Positions 54,563-64,000 are shown, counted from the stretch's first letter. The stretch: 64,000 nt of DNA from Myxococcales bacterium (GCA_023954815.1 JAGSHB010000005.1:11727-75726), one strand, 5' to 3'. The notes: generated by a model not told the origin, from the letters alone. Translations and numbers: made by a program.

Positions 54563-54606
54563 AAAACGACAAACGCCAGCTCATTGGAGCTGGCGTTTGA
54601 CGTTTG
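54563..54606. terminator. Bidirectional rho-independent terminator candidate between convergent fur and the agmX-like gene
   Basis: A perfect 12-bp inverted repeat AAACGCCAGCTC/GAGCTGGCGTTT with loop ATTG. It is flanked by GTTTTGG on the minus-strand side and TTTGACGTTTG on the plus side. Confidence 0.5.
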
Positions 54607-54637
54607 AATGCTGTGTTTGACAGCTAGCGCGGCCGCA

Positions 54638-56389
54638 TCAACCGGGGGCGAATACGAACGGCCACTGAATGACGCAGATGCCAGCTTCCGGCTTCTTGAA
54701 GCGGATGCGCTTGATGGTCCGCATCACGCAGTCCGTCACGCTGGCGTTCTTGATAGTGTTGGTCACGGTCTTTGGACGCGTCACCTTGCCTTCCTGGTTG
54801 ATCGTCCACTGCACGGTGACCTTACCCTTGAGGTTCGGCTTGCTCATGAGCTGACGCTCGTAGCAGGCGCGCAAGGCAGCAGCGCGGCGACGCACGTTCT
54901 TGGCGATGTCGCCCTTGTCACAGCCGCCGCTGGAGCGACCACCCGACAGACGCAGCTTGGCGACCTTCTTCCGCTTCTTCCGACCGATGCCGATGTTGGC
55001 GTTGCGGCCTGTGCCGCCGCCGGTGTCGATCGCGCCGAGACCATGGATACGACCGTAGCCGCCCGTGCCGCCGCCACCAGAGCCGGTGCCGCGGAAGCCC
55101 ATGCCGCCCGAGCCGTGACCGATGACCAATTCGCCACCCTCACCACTCATGGCCACAGCCATCTTCGAGTTCAATGCGCCGGTGTCGCCCGCCATGATGG
55201 TACCCAGAGCGCCTGTCAGCGCCTGCTGGCCACCCAGAACCTTAGCGATACCGAGGTTCTTGACGTCGATCTTGTCGACCATCTTGCCGTCGAGCTTCGG
55301 AACTTTGGACTGCTTATTCGGGTCGGTATCGGCGTCACCGAACTTGCCCTCTTCGCCCGATGCCTTCTTGGCGGTGGTGTCTTCGTCCTCACCCTCGAGC
55401 TCTTCCTCGTCGGACTGCTCCTGCTCCTCCAGCGTCACCTCGATGAGCTCGCGTGAACGCCGCTCTAGGTTCTCCTCCACCGCCTTGCGGGAGTGGGCCT
55501 TCTGGTTGAGAAGCGCCGTCGTCAGGAACGCGAGCATCAGGGCTGCACAGATGGCGAACGAAACCGCCATGGCCACGGAGCCTTTGTCACTCGAACCGCC
55601 GATGACCGCTGCCTCTGCGCCGGTGAAGGCGAAGACGACGTCGACGTCATTTTCAAAGCTCAGCACGCCCGCGTCACCGCGTTTGACCTCGACGCTGTTC
55701 ATCGTCGATGGGTCTTTGGCCTCGCCACCGATCTTCAACTGGCCCTTCACATCGCTGGGGATGTCGAGGGTCCACGCGTCACCGGTCGCTGGCTTGAACA
55801 GCGTGTGCTTCTGCAGGCCCTTGGCGGCGAGCTGGAAGGTGTTGTTGTCTTGCTCGCCGATGGTCACCGGCGCGGCCTCGAACATCACCTTTTCGTAGAT
55901 GATCGTGCCTTCCCAGGTGAGCATGACCTTGAGGAAACGGCTGCTCTTTTCGTACTCAGGGTGCGCAGCGACGGCCACAAGACCACCAAAGACGCTCATC
56001 ACCGAGCCGAAAACGACCAGGGCCAAGCCCCAATCCAACGTCACCAAGGTCTGATCGATGAGGCCACCTGTCGTAGCATCACAGAGGCTGAGGCCACCGG
56101 CCGCGCATGGCGTCAGGGTCCAGACATTCTGATAGGTGTAGACCATCGCCGCGATCTGAGCGAGCGACAGGATGGATACGATCCAGCCCAGCTTCTGCTT
56201 GCGCTTTTGCAGGATGATTGCCGAAAGCGCGCCCATTGCGAGCGCCATCACTAGCGAAGCCTGTCCCGTCAGCACTTCATAGCTTTGGAACGCGATCTCT
56301 TCTTCGTCGACGAAGATGAAAGGCAAGATGATGGGGCCCAAGAGGGCTAGGGCGCTGCCGATGAGTGCCAGAATACTGCCGCCGCTCAT
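54638..56389 (-). CDS. Membrane protein with AgmX/PglI-type TonB-like C-terminal domain
   Basis: ATG 56389 is preceded by AAGGAGA. Several N-terminal TMs are present, with an acidic and Gly-rich linker. The C-terminus CYERQLMSKPNLKGKVTVQWTINQEGKVTRP...VTDCVMRTIKRIRF resembles the myxobacterial AgmX/PglI C-terminal domain. Confidence 0.55.
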   Translation of the reverse strand: MSGGSILALIGSALALLGPIILPFIFVDEEEIAFQSYEVLTGQASLVMALAMGALSAIILQKRKQKLGWIVSILSLAQIAAMVYTYQNVWTLTPCAAGGLSLCDATTGGLIDQTLVTLDWGLALVVFGSVMSVFGGLVAVAAHPEYEKSSRFLKVMLTWEGTIIYEKVMFEAAPVTIGEQDNNTFQLAAKGLQKHTLFKPATGDAWTLDIPSDVKGQLKIGGEAKDPSTMNSVEVKRGDAGVLSFENDVDVVFAFTGAEAAVIGGSSDKGSVAMAVSFAICAALMLAFLTTALLNQKAHSRKAVEENLERRSRELIEVTLEEQEQSDEEELEGEDEDTTAKKASGEEGKFGDADTDPNKQSKVPKLDGKMVDKIDVKNLGIAKVLGGQQALTGALGTIMAGDTGALNSKMAVAMSGEGGELVIGHGSGGMGFRGTGSGGGGTGGYGRIHGLGAIDTGGGTGRNANIGIGRKKRKKVAKLRLSGGRSSGGCDKGDIAKNVRRRAAALRACYERQLMSKPNLKGKVTVQWTINQEGKVTRPKTVTNTIKNASVTDCVMRTIKRIRFKKPEAGICVIQWPFVFAPG

Positions 56390-56699
56390 GGGTCTCCTTA
56401 CTTGATGTCCGATGCAGGGGACGACGGGCCGTGGGGCGACCCTGTCTGCTTCCCTGGCGGGAGGCATGAGGCATTGCTGCCGATGCCAAAGCCGGTCGCT
56501 AGATGCGACGCGAGCGACGGAATCCTATGTCCCGGTCTTCGTTCCCGTCAAGGACGCTTCCAAGGGCTACTGGACCTTGAATAAATGCCCTGTCCGCACC
56601 GATGAATCCACGCCGCAACGTCGCCCATTTTGTGTTGGGAAGACGCTGTGACAACCGCACGGACGCATGGGGGCGACAATGGATCTATCGAGGTCGAAA

Positions 56700-57866
56700 T
56701 TAAGCACCGAATGCAGCGTCCAGTCCGCGACGAAGATCATCGATCAGGTCGTCGATGTGTTCGATGCCGACACTGAGGCGCACCAAGCTGTCGTCGATGC
56801 CCAGCGCGGCGCGCTGTTCGGCCGGGATCGACGCGTGGGTCATGATCGCTGGATGCTCGATGAGACTCTCGACCCCGCCCAGGCTCTCGGCCAGGCAAAA
56901 GACCGTCACATTTTCGAGAAATACACGGGACTGTTCGAGGCCGCCCTTGAGCACCATCGAGACCATCCCGCCAAAGCGGCGCATCTGGCGTTTGGCGAGC
57001 TCGTGCTGCGGAAAACTCGCCAGACCGGGGTAGTAGACCTGCTCGACGCGCGGGTCGGCTTCCAGGAACGCGGCGACTGCTTCGGCGTTGTCACAATGGC
57101 GCTCCATGCGAATCGCTAGGGTCTTCAGCCCGCGCAGCGTCAACCACGAATCGAAGGGACCGGGCGTGCCGCCAGCAGCGTTCTGGGTGAATTTGATCGC
57201 ATCACGGAGTTCTTGGCTGCTCGTCACCACCGCACCGCCGACCGCATCGGAGTGACCGCCGATGTACTTGGTCGTCGAGTGCACCACCACGTCCGCACCG
57301 AGGTCGAGTGGGTTCTGGAGGTAGGGGGTCGCGAAGGTGTTGTCGACCGCGACGGTGATGCCCTTGGCGTGAGCCTTGTCACTGAGGGCGCGGATATCGA
57401 CCAGCTTCATCATCGGGTTGGTCGGCGTTTCCAACCACAAGAGCTTGGTCTTGTCGCTCACCACCGCATCGAAGGCGGCCGCATCCCGCAGATCGGCGTA
57501 CTTGAAGACCAGACCGTGACGCCGCCAGACCTTATCGAACAGGCGGAAGGTGCCGCCGTACATGTCGTTCATGGCGACGACTTCATCGCCGGCGCTCAGG
57601 GTCGCGATCACCGCGTTGCTAGCCGCCACCCCTGAGGCAAAAGCGAGGCCGTACTTGCCGCCTTCACAGGAAGCGAGGGCATCCTGCAGCGCGTCACGGG
57701 TCGGGTTCGATGTCCGTGAGTACTCGTACCCCAAGTGTTGACCGGGGCTTGGCTGGGCGAACGTCGAGGTCTGATAGATCGGCACGATGACGGCGCCAGT
57801 CTTTTCATCGGGCGCTTGGCCAGCGTGGATAGCGCGGGTCTCAAACCGGGTCTTGCTGAAGTCCAT
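56700..57866 (-). CDS. Cystathionine gamma-lyase/gamma-synthase family PLP enzyme
   Basis: RAIHAGQ...TSTF, the PLP-lysine region HSTTKYIGGHSD, and the C-terminal domain are present. Confidence 0.85.
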   Translation of the reverse strand: MDFSKTRFETRAIHAGQAPDEKTGAVIVPIYQTSTFAQPSPGQHLGYEYSRTSNPTRDALQDALASCEGGKYGLAFASGVAASNAVIATLSAGDEVVAMNDMYGGTFRLFDKVWRRHGLVFKYADLRDAAAFDAVVSDKTKLLWLETPTNPMMKLVDIRALSDKAHAKGITVAVDNTFATPYLQNPLDLGADVVVHSTTKYIGGHSDAVGGAVVTSSQELRDAIKFTQNAAGGTPGPFDSWLTLRGLKTLAIRMERHCDNAEAVAAFLEADPRVEQVYYPGLASFPQHELAKRQMRRFGGMVSMVLKGGLEQSRVFLENVTVFCLAESLGGVESLIEHPAIMTHASIPAEQRAALGIDDSLVRLSVGIEHIDDLIDDLRRGLDAAFGA

Positions 57867-57946
57867 GCGCAGCTCCACGGACCCAAAACGGTCGATGTTC
57901 TCACGGTTTTATCTGAATTTCGGCTTGGCCGCAGGTCGCACGTCGA

Positions 57947-59317
57947 TCAGTGGAACGTCGACAGGTACTCGATGAGATCGATCTTGGTGATGATGCCGTG
58001 CAGGCGATCGTTCTGAACGACCACCGCGACGTTGTCTTGGGTCAGGATCGCCTTGAGCTGCTCCAAGCTGGCGCTGGGATCGATGATGCCCTGCAGCGGT
58101 GTGGCGAGGTGCTCGACGTTGTCGTCCTTGGTCGCTTTGCCTTCTAGCATTGCGGTCAGCAGATCGATCTCGTGGACCATGGCGACCGGCTCGCCGCTGT
58201 CTGACACAACCGGCATCTGGCTGATGCCTTCGCGCTTCATGGTCACCATGGCGTGGCCGATCGTCTCGCTCGTCGCCGCGGTGAAGACCATGTGGCTCTT
58301 GCGGCGCAGCAGATCGGCGACCGACTGGGTCTCCTGCTCAGCGTCGAAGAACCCGCCCTCTTTCATCCACTGATCATCGAAGAACTTCGACAGGTAGATC
58401 GCGCCGGAGTCCGGTAGCAACACGACGATGGTGTGGTTGCGACCCAATTCGCGGGCGAGGTTGGCCGCCACGTGCACGGCGCCACCGGAGCTACCGCCGG
58501 CGAAGATGCCCTCTTCCCGACAGAGCCGCCGCGCCATGTGAAAGCACTCGCGATCGTTGATCTGCATGATGTCGTCGATGTTATCGAACTCGAGGGCACC
58601 ACAGACCATGTCCTCGCCGATCCCCTCGACCTTGTAGGTGTGCGGCTGGCTCGGGACGCCGGTGTGAAACTGGCTGTAGTAGATCGAACCCTGGGGATCG
58701 ACGCCGACCGTGCGGAGGTCCGGATTCTGGCTCTTGAGGTACTTGGCCGTGCCGCTCATGGTGCCGCCGGTTCCGAGTCCCGCGACGAAGACGTCGAAGT
58801 TGCCGCCGGTCTGTTCCCAAATCTCAGGGCCAGTGCTCAGGGCGTGCGCTTCGATGTTCAGCTTGTTGTGGTACTGGTTGAGCATGAACGCGTTGGGCGT
58901 CTCGCGGAACAGCCGTTTTGCCGTCTCGTAGTAGCTGTCGGGGTGCTCAGCGGGCACCGCGGTGGGCGTGACGACCACTTCTGCGCCAAAAGCACGCAGC
59001 CGGCGGACTTTCTCCTCGCTCATCTTGTCGGGCATCGTGAAGATGCAGCGGTAGCCCTTCACGGCGGCGGCCATCGCCACGCCAACGCCTGTATTTCCTG
59101 ACGTATTTTCGATAATCACCGAGCCGGGCTTCAGCTCACCACTGCGCTCAGCGGCCTCGATGATGTGCAGGGCCATCCGGTCTTTGACGCTGCCGCCCGG
59201 GTTCATGAACTCGAGCTTGGCGAGCACCTTGGCGTCATGCCGGCCGACGATCTTGTTGAGCTGCACGAGGGGCGTGTCGCCGATGGCGTGAAGGACGTTC
59301 TGGTAGATGCCGCGCAT
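57947..59317 (-). CDS. Cystathionine beta-synthase (PLP fold-II domain plus tandem CBS/Bateman domains)
   Basis: EFMNPGGSVKDRMAL carries the PLP lysine. The GNTG loop is present. The C-terminal CBS pair reads HAMVTMKREGISQMPVV and LHGIITKIDLIEYL. Confidence 0.85.
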   Translation of the reverse strand: MRGIYQNVLHAIGDTPLVQLNKIVGRHDAKVLAKLEFMNPGGSVKDRMALHIIEAAERSGELKPGSVIIENTSGNTGVGVAMAAAVKGYRCIFTMPDKMSEEKVRRLRAFGAEVVVTPTAVPAEHPDSYYETAKRLFRETPNAFMLNQYHNKLNIEAHALSTGPEIWEQTGGNFDVFVAGLGTGGTMSGTAKYLKSQNPDLRTVGVDPQGSIYYSQFHTGVPSQPHTYKVEGIGEDMVCGALEFDNIDDIMQINDRECFHMARRLCREEGIFAGGSSGGAVHVAANLARELGRNHTIVVLLPDSGAIYLSKFFDDQWMKEGGFFDAEQETQSVADLLRRKSHMVFTAATSETIGHAMVTMKREGISQMPVVSDSGEPVAMVHEIDLLTAMLEGKATKDDNVEHLATPLQGIIDPSASLEQLKAILTQDNVAVVVQNDRLHGIITKIDLIEYLSTFH

Positions 59318-59377
59318 GGTGCCTCCGAAGGTGTGGAGGGGCCATGTATCACCTCGCGTCACAACGCAAAAGCCGAA

Positions 59378-61090
59378 CTACTCCGGTTCATCACCATCTT
59401 CGTCGTCTTCGTCTTCGTCGTCGCCCTTATCCTTCGATTTCTTCTTGGCTTTCTTGTCGGCTTTCTTCTTCTTCTTCTTTTTCTTGTCGCCGTCTTCGTC
59501 ATCCTCGTCGTCGTCGTCGCCTTCCTCGTCGTCTTCACCTTTCTCGTCTTCGTCTTCGTCTTCGTCTTCGTCATCCTCGTCTTCGTCGTCGTCTTTCTTC
59601 TTCTTGGCGTTGTTCTGCTTCACCTTCACCGCGCCGTTGTCAGCCTTGCGAGCGGTTGGCTTGGTCTTCGCGCCAGGGCGCACGACAGGTTTGAAGGTCG
59701 GTTTCTTCTTGGCTGCTTCCGCCGCCTTCTTCTTCTTGCTGGCTTCCGCTGCTGCTTTCTTGGCAGCGATCTCCTTCTTGGCGAGCTCCGCCTTGCGCTT
59801 GGCGGCGGCCTTGCCCTTTCCGTCTTTTTTAGCCTTGGCGCGCGCCTCGGTCCGGGCTCTCTTTCGTGTGCCGACCGTGACTTGTGGCAGCGATGGCTTG
59901 CAGATGGGACGCGTCAGCGAGCCCGAGCACGTCATGCCGAGGTAACCCGCCCGCATGTAGCGCTTGAATTTGCCTTTCATCATGTCGCGGACCAGGTCCC
60001 ACGACGCCCTGCTGGCCTGTGGGTCGGCCTTTTTCTTGGTCTTCTTCTTTGCCTTGGGCAGGGCGAACACCAAGTGCACCTGCATACGCGCTTGCCGCAT
60101 CCCCGAGCGACCGGGCGGGATGATCACGTGGCCGCGCTCTTCGGCGACCATCTCTAGGTCCGTGCCGAAGATATCGACGCCGGCGAGGTGAATCGCAGTC
60201 GACGAATCGACGCCGCGCTTGGATTTTAGCAGGTTGATGCGGCCCTTTTCATCGATACGTACTTTGACCGTCACCACGCCGAGGCGCAGGTCCTTGAGCG
60301 CTAGCGGTGGTCCCTTGGCGTCGATGCCGACACTGGGGTTGTGCAGCACGGCGTCGGTCAGCTCGAGATCGATGTCGCCGCGGGCGCCCTCGTGGGTACC
60401 TTCCCAATGCAGACTGACGGCGCCCGACAAGGAGCCACGCAGCTCGCCGCCGACCTTGTCGGTGAAGCCCAAGGCCCGCTTAGAGATGCCCAATTTACGC
60501 AGGTCGAGGTTGTCGATAGACGGGATATCGAGGTCGATGAGCGTAGCCGTTCTGCCGCGTTTGCCCTTCTTTGCTGGGCCTTTCTTGGACTTTTTGCCTT
60601 TTTTCTTCTTCGACCGCTTGCCGCCGCGTGCATCGGCTAAGACCTTGCCCTTGCGCACGACGATGTGCCCGTCCTCGATACCGCCGTCACCTACTTCAAA
60701 TGAGAACTTGGCGTCGACTTCTTGCCGCATGATGAGCGGCCACAGGGCGACGCTGGCATTGAGCGCGTCGAGGTGCATGATCGTCGGTTTCGCACCTGGA
60801 TTTTTGACCTTGCCGTCTTTGCCTTTGGGCTCGGGCAGGGTCACTGAGACCCCCTCCAGCGACACGCCACCGAGTCCCGTCAGCGCCATGTCTGCGATGG
60901 CGACCGGGTAACCGGCCTTGCGCCCCTGACTCTCAACAAAGCCCTTGAGCTGACGATTGGGGAAGGTCAACACCAGGCTCACCATCAAGGCGAGCAGGAA
61001 AAACAGGCCATAGCCCGCGAAGATCCCAGCAGATCTCAGACGGCTTGTGGCCTCTGGTTCAGCGTTTGGGAGGATTGCTGCTTCGCTCAC
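59378..61090 (-). CDS. GspN-like inner-membrane protein with poly-Lys and poly-Asp/Glu C-terminal tail
   Basis: N-terminal TM plus periplasmic domain. Its position after the gspL- and gspM-like genes fits the order K-L-M-N. The C-terminal 150 aa are KKKK.../DDDEDEDDEDEDEDE... low complexity. Confidence 0.45.
   Translation of the reverse strand: MSEAAILPNAEPEATSRLRSAGIFAGYGLFFLLALMVSLVLTFPNRQLKGFVESQGRKAGYPVAIADMALTGLGGVSLEGVSVTLPEPKGKDGKVKNPGAKPTIMHLDALNASVALWPLIMRQEVDAKFSFEVGDGGIEDGHIVVRKGKVLADARGGKRSKKKKGKKSKKGPAKKGKRGRTATLIDLDIPSIDNLDLRKLGISKRALGFTDKVGGELRGSLSGAVSLHWEGTHEGARGDIDLELTDAVLHNPSVGIDAKGPPLALKDLRLGVVTVKVRIDEKGRINLLKSKRGVDSSTAIHLAGVDIFGTDLEMVAEERGHVIIPPGRSGMRQARMQVHLVFALPKAKKKTKKKADPQASRASWDLVRDMMKGKFKRYMRAGYLGMTCSGSLTRPICKPSLPQVTVGTRKRARTEARAKAKKDGKGKAAAKRKAELAKKEIAAKKAAAEASKKKKAAEAAKKKPTFKPVVRPGAKTKPTARKADNGAVKVKQNNAKKKKDDDEDEDDEDEDEDEDEKGEDDEEGDDDDEDDEDGDKKKKKKKKADKKAKKKSKDKGDDEDEDDEDGDEPE
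59390..59650. repeat. Triplet codon repeat (GAC/GAA/GAG/AAG runs) encoding the poly-Asp/Glu and poly-Lys tail of the GspN-like protein
   Basis: Runs such as ttcgtcgtcttcgtcttcgtcgtc... and cttcttcttcttcttttt are directly visible in the sequence. Confidence 0.8.
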
Positions 61091-61206
61091 GTCGGCTCCT
61101 TCATTGCACGAGAGCTTTCGCCCTGATGCCTCGTCTCATCTCGCGACCACGCGGGCCGCCCCATCCTTGCCGCACAACCCGTCAGGGGTGCAGGCGCAGG
61201 AGGTGA

Positions 61207-61881
61207 TTACTGGTCGCCCCCGCCGTAGCGGAATTGACCGACCTTTAGCTTCGCGCGGAAGTGGTCGTGATTTGGGGACTCACGGCTGATATTGAGTGAG
61301 ACGCCAAACATCGCTTCTTTGTTGGTTTCGACCTTTTCCAAGAACTGAAACAGGGCGCCGTCGGGGATCCGATCGAACACCACCTCAATCGTCGCCAGAA
61401 AGACCTGCTTGTCGGACGACTTGCCCTTCTTCTTGCGCTTGCGCTTACGCTTCGACCGGCCGCGACGCTTCTTCTTCTGCGTCAGATCGGCCAAAATCTC
61501 GCTGGCGTTGGAGAACTTGATGTAGTCACTCAGCCGCGCCTCGCTGGTGCCGTCGTTGCCATATTTCCGTTCGAACTTCACGTCTTTGGCGATAGCGAGC
61601 AGGGTCGACTGCAACGACGAGCCCTCCGCCCGCGTCAGCTGTTCGCCGATGGCTTTGTCTTCCCGGCGGTTTTTCAGGTAGCTCGGTGCCGCGTCCAAAA
61701 TAGAACGAAGGGCTTCGCCATTTTGTGCCACCTGCTCTTCCATGGCGGCCACTTTTCGCGAGACCAGCAGGCCCGCGATAACCACCATACCGACGACGAC
61801 CAGGGTGCCGCCGCCGACCACGAGCTTGCGCTCCCGGTCACTCATTTGCGCGAAGGCGCTGGAGATGCGTCCCTCTTTCAT
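61207..61881 (-). CDS. GspM-like bitopic protein
   Basis: A short cytoplasmic N-terminus and a single TM (LVVGGGTLVVVGMVVIAGLLV) are followed by a periplasmic domain. The start overlaps the upstream stop. Confidence 0.45.
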   Translation of the reverse strand: MKEGRISSAFAQMSDRERKLVVGGGTLVVVGMVVIAGLLVSRKVAAMEEQVAQNGEALRSILDAAPSYLKNRREDKAIGEQLTRAEGSSLQSTLLAIAKDVKFERKYGNDGTSEARLSDYIKFSNASEILADLTQKKKRRGRSKRKRKRKKKGKSSDKQVFLATIEVVFDRIPDGALFQFLEKVETNKEAMFGVSLNISRESPNHDHFRAKLKVGQFRYGGGDQ

Positions 61882-63794
61882 GACTTGTCCTTCTTGGCCT
61901 TGGCGCCGCTCTTTTTGCCTTTGCTGCCCTTGGCCTTACTTCCTTTGCCGCCCTTCTTCTTGGCCTTGTCGTCGTCGCTGCTCGATGGGCAACGCACCTC
62001 GAAGCCGACGTTGAAGCGGAACCAGCCCTTGTGGCGCTGGAAGGTGATGCGATCAGACGACGACTTGATCTTGTGGAAACAGGGGTGTTTGCCGATGTGC
62101 TGCTGCAGGGCTAGCAACGCGTCTTGGGTGTCGCAATCGCCGCGCATCGACGCCTTGCTACGCCCCACGGTCATGCTGAGTAATTCGATCTTGTGGCCGA
62201 AGAACTCGGCCTTCTTTTTGCCGCTGCTACCGTCGCCAGTATCGGTGCCGGGTGCCGCTCCTGGCGGCGCGAATCCGGGTGCCCCTCCCCCGCCGCGCGC
62301 GGGCATGCGAGCGCGAACCGGCACCCCACCCAAGGGCGGCACGCCGTGCATGGTTGGCGGGGCGACCTGGGCGATCCGCACGCCTGTCGGTGGCCTGGCA
62401 TTCGCGGGGCCACCAGGCTTGAAGTCCGGCGGCTCGGTGACGACCGCGACGATCTTAGCGACATCGCGGAATGTGCGAATCGCCGTAATATCAGGGTAAT
62501 AGCCAGCCAGATCGATCTTGAGATTTCTCGCCAGCTCCGTGTCGAGCTTTGAAAACGTGCCTATCCGCTTGCCCGTCAGGTCGCGGCTCAGCTTCTTCAG
62601 TTGAGAGACCTGCCGCTCCTTCTCGCTGACCAACGCCCGATAGTTGATCGTCGTCCGCACGCCAAGCAGGCAGAGCGCCACGACCACAAAGGCGGCAAAG
62701 GCTGGTAGGCGTTCGCGCACAAATTGGTAGTCGCCCTCAAAGGCCAGCTCTCCCTGGCGAAAGTCCATGTGCTGTTCGGTGCGCGCGTCGGTGCCTTGCA
62801 TGGCGAGCGCCACGGCGGCCGCGCCATAGTCCCCGACGTCTTCCGAGGTCAGCTGGTTCATCTCCAGGCCGCTGAGATCCAAGGTCGTCACCGGCAGGCC
62901 CAACGCCGCCTCCACGTATTCAACCAGGCCGCGCATCCGGCACATGCCGCCCGTCAGCACCATGCGATCGGGCCGACCACGGGCGCCGCGTGCAGCAAAG
63001 GCCAGGGTCTGCCGAACCTCACGCAGCCACGGCAAGATCGCGCCGCGGGTGGCCTCGTCCAGCGCTTGCTCATCGGGGTTGCGGGCCGCGACGCCCTCGG
63101 GCAGCAGCACGCTATGGCTGACCAGCAGATCGCCCTCGACCCCATCGACGTTGAAGCGATCGACAAAGCGATTGCGCACATCATCACTGCCCACCGACAG
63201 GCTGCGGATGTACTGCGCCTGCCCGGCTTGGGCGACCACAGCTTCCGTGCCACCAGCGCCGATATCGAGCAGCAGCGTGCTGCCCTCAGCGTACTGGGGT
63301 AGCTGCGCCAGCATCGACGCGCACGCCAACGGCACCAGGGTCATGGCCCGCGGCTCGGCGCCCGCCTTCTTCAGTGTCTCCAGGTTGCGCTCGATCTCCG
63401 TCTTGGGCGCGGCGACGGTCAGGACTTCATAGTCGCCGTCGCGATTTTGCCCAGCGACCACAAAGTCGACCACCACGTCTTCTAGATCGACCGGAATGTG
63501 GGACTCAAACTCGAAACCCACCGACTCTTTGAGGCTCTTGCTATCGCCAAAAGGGAAGGTCAGCACCCGGTGCATGCAGGTCGCGGCAGGCAGCCCCGCT
63601 TCGACCAAATCGTCACCCTTGCGCACCCGACTGAGCAGGCGCTCCAGGGCGGCTTCCCGCGCGTCGTCGTCAAAGGGCGGCAGCACGGTCTCGGTCTGAA
63701 AATCGACCAGCGCTGAGCTGCGTAGCGATCGCTCCACAACCGCACATTTCACGGTGCGCGTGCCGAAATCGATGCCTAAAATTCGATGGGCCAT
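61878..63794 (-). CDS. GspL/PilM-like protein: actin-like cytoplasmic domain plus TM plus periplasmic domain with Gly/Pro/Lys-rich regions
   Basis: ILGIDFGTRTVKCAVVE is the actin-like ATPase-fold N-terminus. A mid-protein TM reads LPAFAAFVVVALCLLGV. The C-terminal domain has a Lys-rich tail. Confidence 0.55.
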   Translation of the reverse strand: MAHRILGIDFGTRTVKCAVVERSLRSSALVDFQTETVLPPFDDDAREAALERLLSRVRKGDDLVEAGLPAATCMHRVLTFPFGDSKSLKESVGFEFESHIPVDLEDVVVDFVVAGQNRDGDYEVLTVAAPKTEIERNLETLKKAGAEPRAMTLVPLACASMLAQLPQYAEGSTLLLDIGAGGTEAVVAQAGQAQYIRSLSVGSDDVRNRFVDRFNVDGVEGDLLVSHSVLLPEGVAARNPDEQALDEATRGAILPWLREVRQTLAFAARGARGRPDRMVLTGGMCRMRGLVEYVEAALGLPVTTLDLSGLEMNQLTSEDVGDYGAAAVALAMQGTDARTEQHMDFRQGELAFEGDYQFVRERLPAFAAFVVVALCLLGVRTTINYRALVSEKERQVSQLKKLSRDLTGKRIGTFSKLDTELARNLKIDLAGYYPDITAIRTFRDVAKIVAVVTEPPDFKPGGPANARPPTGVRIAQVAPPTMHGVPPLGGVPVRARMPARGGGGAPGFAPPGAAPGTDTGDGSSGKKKAEFFGHKIELLSMTVGRSKASMRGDCDTQDALLALQQHIGKHPCFHKIKSSSDRITFQRHKGWFRFNVGFEVRCPSSSDDDKAKKKGGKGSKAKGSKGKKSGAKAKKDKS

Positions 63795-63835
63795 GATGGC
63801 TTATCCCCTGACTTTGCGGGCTATCCGCCTAGTCC

Positions 63836-64000
63836 TCGCGCCAGTAGACATACTGACGTGTCGTTGTGTCGAGCAGCGCGGTGATGGTCTTGGTGACCGG
63901 CCCTGCGGTGCCGTAGGCCACGATCCGTACGATCTGACCCTTGGTGTTGACGTCTGCCAGCATCTTGCCGCGGTTGATGCGGACGACGTTGGCGTATTCG
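63836..64000 (-). CDS. 3' end of an upstream gene on the minus strand (possibly GspK-like). C-terminal residues: ...GKMLADVNTKGQIVRIVAYGTAGPVTKTITALLDTTTRQYVYWRED
   Basis: Open minus-strand frame ending at the TAG stop (63836-63838). The frame continues past the window end. The assignment rests on synteny only. Confidence 0.3.

Noticed and set aside
59390-59650. Possible CRISPR-like or tandem repeat array
   Set aside because: The repeats are 3-nt codon repeats (gtc/ttc/ctt) inside an ORF, with no spacer/repeat alternation of 25-40 nt units. It is not a CRISPR array.
59165-60157. 330-aa and 212-aa plus-strand ORFs with poly-Phe/Leu and poly-Ser tracts
   Set aside because: They are mirror images of the triplet-repeat tail of the GspN-like gene on the opposite strand (poly-K/D/E read antisense gives F/L/S). 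Artefact.

Overview
This is a high-GC (about 68-70%) chromosomal segment with a myxobacterial flavour (Myxococcota, Sorangiineae-like). The signs are an MJ0042-type zinc-ribbon/TPR protein, an AgmX/PglI C-terminal-domain protein, a giant CARDB/PPC/Cys-rich-repeat exported protein, T2SS-like gspK/L/M/N genes, and many lipoproteins and TPR/HEAT proteins. Recognisable housekeeping genes are selB, rpmF, rpiB, nrdR-ribD-ribE, an isolated murC-murD pair, rho, a UDP-sugar epimerase, tatA/B-tatC, cca, feoAB plus fur, and a CBS-CGL reverse-transsulfuration pair. I found no IS elements, integrases, CRISPR arrays or rRNA, and no tRNA I could support. Many long ORFs in the six-frame track are antisense artefacts of the high GC content and were rejected. 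The most system-like unexplained locus is a four-gene, translationally coupled operon at 9291-15527. It encodes a TPR/outer-membrane beta-barrel protein, a TM-anchored HEAT-repeat protein, a PgaC-like GT2 synthase fused to about 340 aa of unknown function, and a periplasmic lipoprotein. It looks like a compact and probably undescribed synthase-dependent exopolysaccharide secretion module. Other oddities are a TatC fused to a 7th TM plus a roughly 430-aa extension, a NERD-UvrD-like helicase inside a five-gene envelope-glycosylation-like array, a giant adhesin with a cytoplasmic partner and a 40-aa basic peptide, and a GspN-like protein with a poly-Lys/poly-Asp-Glu tail.
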